Of a stretch of 64,000 bases of DNA, positions 53,454 to 64,000 are shown one piece after another. The position numbers and the translations under genes are program-made. The stretch is taken from assembly GCF_009914755.1 (NCBI RefSeq), contig NC_060926.1; one strand, given 5' to 3'. Numbering within the stretch: position 1 is the first letter of the stretch; each line of letters starts with the position of its first letter. Source of the stretch: the human T2T-CHM13v2.0 reference genome, Homo sapiens. The notes beneath the pieces were generated by a model. It was not told the DNA's origin, did not search any database, and saw only the letters and a list, made by a program, of their open reading frames with translations.

Positions 53454-54669
53454 GGCCTAAAACCTGCAGTAACGAGAGGTAGGAGAGAAGAAAAGCCACT
53501 GAGGGGCTTCATCCTATCTGGCTTTTCTTAGTTTCCTGAAATTGAAGGAAAGGTCATCTATTGAGAGCAGGTGTGGAGGCAACAAAGCAGCATGTCTGAG
53601 GACAGAGGATATTTAAGTAGTGAGGGTGTTACAATAGTATATGGGGATAGTGCTGAGCTTTCAGATGAGGTTGACAATCTCAAATTTATTATGACACAAA
53701 CCTATCCATTTTAGTGATTTTGTATAACAAAATTCAATTTCCCAAGTGCGTGTCCTGAGAAGGCGGACATTTGGGTTCACCCAGAGTTGGTGTTTTTCTG
53801 GTTGGTGAGCTAAAGGAGAATGAGGGAGAGTCCCTGAAACATTAAGCCTTGAATATAAACTGAATTAAGGAGAAGAAAAGAACACCCTGAAAAATAAAAA
53901 GTTGACAGCTAGAGAAAATTGTTGGCAAGGAATCAATAAGCTTGTCACAGCCTCATTTCTTAACTTATAGTTTGCTAAGATTAGGGAAATGGATTTTGTA
54001 CATAAAATTGCATTTGTACATTTGCTGAGATTGTCAATTAGTTAGGGAAAGTCATTTACATGCTCCTTGAATTCCAGCAGGTGTGGTTATATTAATGGCA
54101 TAGAGGAAAAGTAAGAAAAATATATTTAATTAAAATATTGATCATTTGAAAGCAGAGACTGAGTTTCTATTATCTTATGCTCTTTAAGAATTACATCTAT
54201 AAACCTTATAGAAATCAACTCAGAGATTTTGAGACCAAAGTCACCTATGTATGACTGACTAAAAAGGTTAATGTGATTGAGATTTATTATGCTCATTGCC
54301 CCTGCTGCAGTTTAAGACCAAGTGGTGGATGGGTTTTATTAAAAAGGAAGCAATTATACTGAATTTGTTATGTTTCTATACTAGATATCTTAAGCCCCAT
54401 TGTAGAGCATTTTAGGTCTGAGTCCTTTAGGATAAAATAACTTTATATATCTATAAAAGATATATAAAGATTATATTTATTTTTTAGAGTCATATTCTGG
54501 TATAGGTGAGATTACAACTCTAAGTTTTTTGAGAATGCTCTCTTCTGAGATTATATGTAATGATTGTCATGGAAAGGATAGAACACAGATTTTTTATCTC
54601 ACAGGCACAAAGCTAAGCTTTTGACTAGAAGCTGGATGGTTTTATCATCAGAAGAGAAGGGGGAGGTAG

Positions 54670-55141
54670 AGCTGTTCTGGACTTACTCTAAGATTTGATC
54701 TGGGCCCTTTCTTCTCCTGCTATGCTTGGTTTGGTGGGGGAGCTACCCCTACAGGATGTGCTTTCTGGGTTCTGTCTTGGGCTAGGCCAGTGGGAAACCT
54801 TGGCTGGAGATTGGTGCGCTGGAGGAAGGGAGATGTCAGGCTATTTCTTCCCCTCTTTCTCTGCCTTAGTCGCATCTCTGGCACGACTTGTTTCTTCTCT
54901 ATGACCCCATAACCCTTTGGCAACCATGTCCTGAGTCCCGCTCTGCCAGTGCAGACCCTTGGTTTCCATAATCCACTCCTCACTCTGTTCCCTCTAGCTC
55001 TAGGGTGGTCACCATTTCTCCTGTTTCTAACCTCTGTGCTGCCTCCCTGATTTCTCTCCCAGATCTTCATCCCTATGTTAAATTGTCTTTGTTTTAAATG
55101 CTTAGAAAGGTTTCTGTTTTCCTAGTTTGACCTTGATTGAT
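54670..55141. mobile_element. LTR33-like ERVL solo LTR
   Basis: GGCTAGGCCAGTGGGAAACCTTGGCTGGAGATTGG...GGTTTCTGTTTTCCTAGTTTGACCTTGATTGATA. Confidence 0.6.
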
Positions 55142-56913
55142 AGAAATGTCTAACTTATAAAGTCTGGTAAAGACTCTCTAACAATAAGTATTTGTAAAGA
55201 AAATAAGGCAGTGACTGACAGGTGGTTAATACATTTTCAAGTGGGAAAAGCAACTTCACAAAGCTGTTAGGCATCCTCTTTCTAAATGATACAAGAAAAA
55301 GGTCACAGGCATCTCAGAAACAATATATGGACGCATTAAATAGCTGCAATCACTTTCCTAACTCCTGATAAATCATGTTGGCGGAAAAAATTTTGAAAAG
55401 AATGGAGCCAAAGGCGTGCTGATTTGAATCATTTTGATAGTAGTTTGAGGAAAATAACAGTCATCAGAATAATTCCCAACTCTGAAGTACTTATTGCCAC
55501 AGTTATAAGTAGTTCAAGGACTAGCATTTACATTTTATGCAAGGAATGTTTTTCTGAAGGCCACCCATAATTCAAAACTCTTATGGACTAAATTTTCCAC
55601 AAGCCTGAATAAATCTAGCTTGTTTTTACCATTACAGGGTGCCATGACAATTGATTGGCCTCCTTCATGGTCTTTTATCATATCTGACTTTCCCCCATCA
55701 TTATTGATTTTGGCATATTCCTGCACTAACACTAGCCCCATTACTTGATCAATAATATACAGCGTATTATATATAAGGAAAAATTAAAGTATGGTAAGAG
55801 TGAATGAAAATAGCACAAATATTTCCTGCACAATACTGATGCACATAAACAAAATACGATTACTGGCTACGGAAGAAAGATTGTGGGTGGGTAGTTTACA
55901 TAAAAGTTTTCATTTACATAAAATCCTCATCTGTTTGGCAATTATGCACATATCATTTACAATGAAGTTGGCCTGCCAGCTCTGAAATAATAAAATTCTT
56001 GGTGAGCTTTTACAATTTAGGAGGTTTAAACAATTTTTTCCCCAAATTTTATGCTGGAATTGAGAGTTTAGCCACATGTTATTTTGCATCATGTCAAATT
56101 TGCACAGTTCATTTAACATAAAATGAAAACTCAAGATCATTGAAAAAAGTTTATACTGATCTAAAGTCAAAGGTCATATATGCACTCAGAGATTTTAAAA
56201 ATCATTATGTAAAGTTTTTAGAAAAAACATAAAAGAATTGTTCCATTCAAGTTTTGAATAAAAATAGGATTTGATTAAACAGAATTTGGTAAGTGTGAAT
56301 ACCAGTGTAAAAGTGTCATTCATATACACATACCCTTTTGAATTTTACATTCACTTATTATTCTTTTAAATTTAATAATTAAGGATAGCGTTGGAACTTT
56401 AATTGAAATGTTATTCATGTCTGATAATTTCTCTTTACCCCGCAGCCTTTTTCCTATTTGGGCTAAAACACAGATTCGGGTATCCATTACTTTAGGGAAA
56501 GGCAATACTTTTGGCAGAAAAAATTTTTTTAAGTTTGAAGAACTTGGGCATTTGTAATGAATGACTTAAAAAGTCAGAGCACTGAAGTACTTGGTGCATG
56601 GAGTTATGCCATGAGCAATAGGTATAACCAAATACTGCCAAAGACAGTTTTCTGTCCTAAATCAGATTTATCCTAAATCAGATAAAAATCTCAAGAACTG
56701 GGAGAAAGGGAGTCTGAGAGAAGGACAGAAAAGAGCTCTAAGTATGTCTTTTGATAAGTGAACCTGGATTCTGCTCCTTCTGGCTGGAAGGAAGCAGATG
56801 GAAGTTAAAATCCCAGATCAGTTTGTGTATTCGGGCTCAGAGGCAACCGAAGCCTTAGTTCAGGAGTGGAGCCCAGGGAGACAGCACGTTATGAAGGGAA
56901 ATGCTCCTGAATT

Positions 56914-57100
56914 CCTGTTTTTCAAAAATTTTGACCCATGACCTACAGTAAGAAAGACATTTTACACTGTGGCCCTAGACACAAAAAATGTTCATAAAAC
57001 AATATTTGTGATGCTGGCTTATGTTTTATTCTCTTATTTTATTCTTTCATTAAAAGCTTCTGATGTGACCTAAATTGATTTCACAGATTAAAACCTATAG
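56914..57100. mobile_element. Small hAT-type MITE relic
   Basis: TTTTCAAAAATTTTGACCCATGACCTACAGTAAGAAA...GTGACCTAAATTGATTTCAC. Confidence 0.5.
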
Positions 57101-59247
57101 TTTTATAGTAAAAGAGAAATTTACACCATAATAATATGTACAAAAGAGCTCATCTGAAAATCAAAATTGAGTAGAAAGGAATGCTAATATCTTGCCTTTT
57201 GTAACTGTGCATGAACTTTTTGAACCATTTGACATAATCAGTGCAATATGGCTCACCTAATCGTAGCTTCCTGAATTGTAAGGGAAATGCATGTTTGTAA
57301 ATCAACTCTTGGAATATCAGCTTTGCCAACTCAAGGCTATCACAGGGTAATGAGTACTTCTTCAGGAAAGAGTGGATAATGTTTAAGATTCTTTCAAATC
57401 ATAGAGATGTACTCTATTTTATGCACATTGAAGGTATTATTAGAGTGGTAACATTTTGCCAGCATTGAAATAAGGGCCTGGGCTAGATTAACTTGTGCTG
57501 TAGTCCCTAGACTTCTATATCATGTTAATCACTCCTTTCTCCTCATGCATTTATGTTCTTTCCTTGTCTCATCAGTTACTCTCGAGGATAGTTGTACCTT
57601 GGCAGAAATGGAGTCAAATTCTGCCAAAAAATTAGACTGTTGATTTTCTATAATATTAAATCATTTTATTTTTTGGCCTGTAACTTAAACAAAATCAAGG
57701 TGAGACCTAGAAACAAGTTTCTTAAGCCTCCAGAGATATTGACCTAGGACAATAATAAGGCAATTGGGAAGAGAATTCTTGATTTACTTGTCAAGGGAGG
57801 TTGTTATGTTGACATACCAGTGGGAGCAGTGTGACTTAACCAGTAATGACAAGAAAGTGACAGAGGCACAGGCTGATGGCAAAGTTTCATTTGATCCCAA
57901 ACCTCAGGCAGCCCGTGGGGTCCCAAACAAAGGCCTTTTGTTTATTTACATCAATTATCCAGATGACCCAGACTCACTCTATAGTTTCTTGAGCTCATTG
58001 TGGACCTGGTAGGAGCAAGATCTCTGGGCAAAAGATAATAAAATGGAATAATAACACTTGTGCTGAGAAACCTTTCCCTCTGTTCATGTATTCCTTGTCA
58101 CATACTTATAATTAGAAAATCCTTGCTTTTTAAAGTAAGACATCTTACATCTTAACAAAGTCTCCTGTCTTAACTAAGAAGTCACAAAGTAAATCCCTCT
58201 AGGGGCCAGTTAGAAAACACACAAGTGGATGAAACCTGGTTTGAGAAAGAGTACAGGCAATTATAGAAAACTGGAAAAATCTATGTTCTACCTAAGGGCA
58301 ACTAAACACACATTTAAAAAGAAATCACTGTGTAGGCTTAAAACGACTGTGGCTGGATTCAGCTTTGGTCTACAGTTTGCCTTAAATCAAGAAACAAATA
58401 ATTCAGTTCATTTCAGAGGAGTACAGTCAGAATATAAATATAGGTTCCACTGCTCCAACTGAACTCAGTTCTGTTGGAAGCCCCCAGGTCTCAAATCAAC
58501 TTCTGGTGATCCAGACTTTAAGCAGACATTAAGTCTGGGGAAGGAAGTGTGCAATTATGGTAGGGATGGAGTGGGAAGGGAGAAGGGTGGAAATTTATGT
58601 CAGCTTCACCTGGAAGCTCTTTCAAAATGCATACATTCGTTCATTTCCTCTCCTACCCCTTTGTTGTGCTGTGAACCACCCCAACCAAATCTGAATTCCC
58701 CTTCTCACATAAGAATTATTGCAATAATGAGCTACTGTTACTGCCGATGATAGAATGTGGTATTGCTTTGATGTGAGAGATGTAAACAAGGTTGGAAACC
58801 ATTCCTTTAAAGATCACTTACTCAAATAAGATTTTGACTATTATTACATTATTAATGTATTATGAATTATTACATTCTTTTTCTTTCTAGCTCCAATATC
58901 TAGTCCCAATAAAGAATTAGAAGGAAATCTGATTTCATCTTGTAAAAACCCTATTCTTCTCCTTTGAATTAGTATGTCTTCATTATTTCAGATATAATTC
59001 TTAAGAAAAATAATCAGAACATAAATCTGAAAAACTTTTCCACAACAAGATCCCCCTTCCCTGGCCAAGCAAAACATAAAAAAAAAATTCTCAGGATGCC
59101 AAAGATGTAGCATCATATTTATGCAAATGAAGTTTATATTTAAAAAAAAATCTATACAATTGTAAGGCAGCAAAATTTGCCAGAAACTAAAGAAAAAGTT
59201 TAAAACATACTTTTATTAATTATATGCAAAGAGTAGACATATAGGTA

Positions 59248-59587
59248 GAAGCATATCTCATTTTATTGTGCTTCACTTTCGTGCACCTCACAGATATTTT
59301 TTTTTAACAAATTGAAGGTGTGTAACAACCCTGCATTAAGCAAGTCTGCTGGCATCATTTTTTTCAGCAGCATGAGCTGACTTTGCGTCTGTTTCACATT
59401 TTGATAATTCTTGAAATATTTCAAAATTTTTATTATTATATTTGTTATGGTGAGCTAGGATCAGTGAACTTTGATGTTACTCTTGTAATTGTTTTGGGAC
59501 ACCACAAACTGCACACATATAAGATGAAAAACGTGACAACTGTTGTATGTGTTCTGATTGTCCTACCTATTGGACATTCTCCTATCT
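59248..59587 (+). mobile_element. Tigger1 5' end
   Basis: GCATATCTCATTTTATTGTGCTTCACTTT...AAATTGAAGGTGTGTAACAACCCTGC. Confidence 0.85.
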
Positions 59588-59589
59588 TG

Positions 59590-60963
59590 TGCTGTCAGTG
59601 AAGTATTGACATCCCCCACTATTATTGTACTGCTGTCTATCTCAGCTCTTAGGTCTAGTAGTAATTGTTTTATAAACTTGGGAGCTCCAGTGTTAGGTGC
59701 ATATATATTTAGGATTGTGATGTTTTCCTGTTGAACTAATCCTTTTATCATTATATAATGTCCCTCTCTGTCTTTTTTTTAACTGTTGTTGCTTTAAAGT
59801 CTGTTTTGTCTGATATAAGAAAAGTGACTCCTGCTCACTTTTGGTGTCCATTTGTATGGAATATCTCTTTCCACTCCTTTACCTTAAGTTTACATGAGTT
59901 CTTATGTGTTAGGTGAATCTCTTGAAGACAGCACATACTTAGTTGGTGGATTTTTATCCATTCTGCCATCTGTATCTTTAAGTGGGGCATTTAGGCCATT
60001 TACATTCATTGTTAGTATTGAGATATGAGGAACTGTTCCATTCATCATGCTCGTTATTGTTTATGTCTTTTGTCTTCAGATACCAGGGCAAGTAGAGAAA
60101 GCCCATCAGGTGAGGGCAGGTTTGGGTGGGTCTGAGTTCAGACTCTCCTTAGGCAGGCCTCGCTGTTGCTGTTGTGGGGGTTAAGAGCATGGTTCTCAGG
60201 CCAATGGAGTTATGTTTCCAGTGGGACTATGGCTGGCTCTGCTGCATCATACATGTCATCAGGGAAGTGGGGGAAGCTAGCAGTGACAGGCCTTACCCAG
60301 TTCTCACATAGCCAGCAAGGTCATTTTCACTCCCCCATGCCCTCCCTCCCCACTACCAACAGCACTGAGTTTATGTCCAGGCAGCTGATGAGCAAGGCTG
60401 AGCTCTTCCCCAAGTCTACAAGCCCCCCAGCTGACAAAACAAGCAGGACTCTCAGACCTGGCCACTCCCCACCTGCATGCACCATTGGCTGCAGCTTCTA
60501 CACTCATATCTGTACTTCCTATTTTCCTGCCTCCAGATTCTGCTCAGCAAAATTTATGCTCAGTTGAAATTATTACGAAGTTCAGCTGGAATCTTGTTCA
60601 CCCTGTAGCCCCACCCCAAGGCTGGCTGTCTTCCCATCCCCAAAGACCCTGTGAGTTAAAAACCAGGAATGGCGGCCAGGTGTGGTGGCTCATGCCTGTA
60701 ATCCCAGTACTTTGGGAGGCCGAGGCGGGTGGATCACGAGGTCAGGAGATTGAGACCATCCTGGCTAACACGTTGAAACCCCGTCTCTACTAAAGTCAAA
60801 AAAATTAGCCGGGCGTGGTGGCGGGCGCCTGTAGTCCCACCTACTCGGGAGGCTGAGGCAGGAGAATGGCGTGAACCTGGGAGGCAGAGGTTGCTCACTC
60901 TTGCAGTGAGCCGAGATTGCGCCACTGCACTCCAGCCTGGGCGACAGAGCAAGACTCTGTCTC

Positions 60964-60994
<31 letters not shown>

Positions 60995-61493
60995 CAGGAA
61001 TGGCTTTACTGGGCTTGAGCTGGGGACCGGCAATGACTATGGAGCTCTTCCTGCTGCTGCTGCTTCTACTTCTTCAGTTTGGCAGCTGAGTAAGGACAGT
61101 TTAGGGAAAGAAAGGTGCTGAACAAGGGATACTAACTTCTCAGGGCACATTTCGTTCCTGCATTTCCTTCAGCTCCCTAAATCTGTTTCAACTTTAGGTC
61201 AGCTCAAATCTTATCCTGTGATCTGAATTTTCAGGGTTCTCAGTGGGTGTGTGTGTTTGGAGGCAGACATACCCCACCTCACACTTTGGGAACTCACAGT
61301 TTTTTGGTTATCTTGCAGAGGCTGCAGCTGCAAGCCACTTCTTTCAAAGGGTCTGTGAATTCTTTCCTGTTTTTCTGGTATATTACCGTGGTGGTTCTTG
61401 GAGCAAAAGTTCACAATGTGAGTCTTCACACACTGTTCTCTCTGTTCAGGTGGGAGCTGCATGCTAATCCTGTCTCCTATCCATCATTTTCCA
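59590..61493 (-). mobile_element. L1PB-type 5' remnant: 5'UTR (60062-61493) joined to ORF2 EN start (59590-60060); ORF1 and 3' part absent
   Basis: Minus strand GGAAAATGATGGATAGGAGACAGGATTAGCATGCAGCTCCCAC; EN peptide [17 protein letters not shown] in ORF 59563-59751. Confidence 0.85.
60674..60990 (+). mobile_element. AluY
   Basis: CATCCTGGCTAACACG and GAGAATGGCGTGAACC diagnostics; TSD AAAAA(C)CAGGAATGGC. Confidence 0.93.
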
Positions 61494-61494
61494 A

Positions 61495-61693
61495 ATGAAG
61501 TATTTTTTAGTTAATGTAGTACACTTAAAAAAAAGTAATGCTATTGCACACTTAATAGACTACACTATAGTGTAAACATATATTTGTATATGCATTAAGA
61601 AGCAAGAAAAAATCATGTGACTCATTTTATTATTATATTCATTTTCCTTTGGTGGTCTAGAGCTGAATCCACAATATCTCCATTGTATGCCTA
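61495..61693 (+). mobile_element. Tigger1 3' end
   Basis: TAATGCTATTGCACACTTAATAGACTACA...CAATATCTCCATTGTATGCCT. Confidence 0.85.
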
Positions 61694-61849
61694 TGTATGT
61701 ATAATAAGAGGGAGAAAATGTTATTCTTCAGAATTCCAGGGCCTGGAAAGGGCAGACTATCTGGACTGAGCTGCTTCCTAAAAAATCAGTTATTTGTGAT
61801 GGGAGAAGGATGGGGAGTACTAGAATCTCTATTCTGCAGGGGTGTGTTG

Positions 61850-61888
61850 GGGGAGGAATTTCTAGGGGAGGAATTTCTAGGGGAGGAA
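61850..61888. repeat. 15-bp tandem repeat GGGGAGGAATTTCTA, about 2.6 copies
   Basis: Read directly. Confidence 0.9.
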
Positions 61889-62049
61889 GTGAAATAAAGA
61901 CCAGTGGCTCAGATTCTTTGTAGAAACTCTTCAAGTTTCAGTAAAGCTACAGAGCTCCTATATTATCACAAATATGACTGGACTTCTAAAATGGAAAACA
62001 GTATGTCCATGTAGTGATTCTTGAAGTCTACTTTACACTGCAAGTTTTT

Positions 62050-62420
62050 TCTGCCTCTCACTTAGACTACTGCAGCTGTGTCCTGAGAAGTTAATATCCC
62101 TTGTTCAGCACCTTTCTTTCCCTAAACTGTCCTTACTCAGCTGCCAAACTGATACTTCCAAAGTATTTTTAAAACTGTGCCCTATTTTTAAAATAACAGG
62201 TGGTGACTGTTGGTTACATTACAATGGAACACCAAACTTTGTGTCACGACATGCACTGGGCTCTTTTGCGATGATGTCCCAATATAGCTTTCTAAGTTTA
62301 TCACCTGTCATTCTCTCCTCCAAACTCCTCAGTGAAGCTTTGTCTAAGCAATGACGGGCTTGTTGACATTCCCAAAGGAAACATGCTCAGTCATGCTTTT
62401 GTCTCTCTTTGTTCACACTG
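62050..62420 (+). mobile_element. Degraded L2 fragment
   Basis: CTTAGACTACTGCA...CAGCTGCCAAACTGAT...CAAACTTT...ACATGCTC...CATGCTTTTG follows L2 motif order. Confidence 0.55.
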
Positions 62421-63699
62421 AGAAACCTGTTGTTTAGTGACTCATGTCAGAAATATCCCTAGTGAAAACTTCAGTTACATTAAGGAGGAGAAAAGAATGT
62501 TAGACAAGGAAACTAAGAGTCAAACACAGATAATATTGATAGTATTGATAAATTTATCTTTTTTAGTTTGGTTATAAATGTTTACATATTATTTTTTTAA
62601 AAATTATAAAAAGGAGTATTTTCCCCTAGTTTCTTGGGTAAGAGTTGGATGCTGAATTGGCTTCATTAAATATATAATCAAAAAACTAGCATCATAAATC
62701 CAGGTTGGAAATCAGTTTTTCCAACATTCCTATTAGCAATAGTGTCTTACTTTTTCTGTACAGCCATGGCAACCAGTACTCTGCAAGTTATTTAGGTATA
62801 GTTCACATAGGGTCTCTTTTGTGGAAAAACTGCAAGCAATATGTTTTCCTTATGAAATGAACTGAGTGAAATGAGATTATGCAATATGAGACTATCAAGT
62901 TGTATTATGTAAATGCAAATAAAATATATTAGCTCTAAAGTGCCACTGGGTATTAAGAAGAGCCTAATGGGATTTACATGAATTCTCATAAATAAATCTC
63001 CTCAGGTTACCCAAGTGCTCAGATATGAGGCAAAGGACAGTGAACTGCAGTCTTTGAAATTTTATGAGATCATAGTATTCTTTGACTATTTTATACAGAA
63101 ATCACTTAATACCATTCTTCACAAAATGATGAAAGATTTTAAGATTGTTGCTTCAGTCATCAGTATTTAGTTAGCATCTAAATGTTATTTGACCCAGTTG
63201 GATTTCACTGGTTTGTAGATAAGGTAGGTCATTCTGAGAACAACATTATATAGTCAAATTCATGCCAGGTTGTTGTCATTGAAAAATGAAAGTAATATTG
63301 TCTCTTATTTAATGGGAAACTGTGGATAAAATGTAACTCACTTGAATCAGAGCTTCCATATGGTAAAAGATTATAGTGCGTAGCCTTCTGCATTTTATTA
63401 AGTAGTCAAGGTGAGAAGGTTATTTAGGCATTTGAGTATTGAAATTGGAACACTGAAAACTGAAGTAACCTTTTTGTCCCCCCTGAATAATTTGAATAAT
63501 ATAAATCTTATCATTTCTTAAAGCTTTTCTATTTCTTTTAAGGGCAATGTTTAGATTTCAGATTTTTATGTTTGTTTCCTGCCACTTATTTTTACTGTGA
63601 TCTACTACCTTCATCTGTATGCATATAAATTTATGTGTAATGTATACCTAGTGTATCAATTTTAGAATCAACCTTTTTACAGTTTTTTGTTACTGTAGG

Positions 63700-64000
63700 C
63701 AGTGCTGTGCTGGTAAATACGTAACAACAGAATTTCTGGAGGCAGAAGCCATGATTTGCAATATATGCCAATTTCCATGGTGTAAATATTTCCACCAGGG
63801 CTGATTTCAGATTATCAAAGTGACATCACTGAATGCAGAATTGGAAAGAGATGTGCAGGAACTCACCATTATATAGTATTTCTGCTGTACAGATACAATA
63901 GGCATAATGTCAACAGCATACGTAATAGTAAAATGCAGCAACATAATTAGGTGATGCTTTTTGAGTATTTATTACCTTTGTTTTTGATAAGACGTATTTC
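63700..64000. mobile_element. MER63-type hAT-Blackjack element, runs off the window
   Basis: CAGTGCTGTGCTGGTAAATACGTAACAAC...TTTCCATGGTGTAAATA...GTGACATCACTGAA. Confidence 0.75.

Noticed and set aside
56655-56683. TCCTAAATCAGAT duplicated
   Set aside because: Ordinary short slippage duplication with no further structure
60040-60080. Spliced L1 (SpIRE) explanation for the 5'UTR-ORF2 junction
   Set aside because: The junction does not fall at GT/AG boundaries as far as I can recall the consensus; simple deletion is more likely

Overview
Human genomic DNA, AT-rich and dominated by transposable elements; I recognise no host protein-coding exon and no prokaryotic system. The main element is a full-length L1HS (minus strand, 10260-16306, 10-bp TSD) with Ta-1nd diagnostic bases, intact ORF1 and dead ORF2 (W365* plus a late frameshift). 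A small template-slippage event in its 5'UTR removes the second ORF0 splice donor and frameshifts antisense ORF0 from 71 to 171 aa, running out of the element into a flanking Alu. Also present: an L1PA4-like element tail-to-tail with the L1HS, a two-LTR THE1 with TSD, many older L1/L2/MIR/Alu/LTR/DNA-transposon relics, several locally templated insertion or snap-back scars (4642, 16036, 24344, 42245, 60890, 61074), and unique segments with enhancer-like motif clusters or candidate + strand exons. Subfamily names come from remembered consensus sequences and old-repeat boundaries are approximate.
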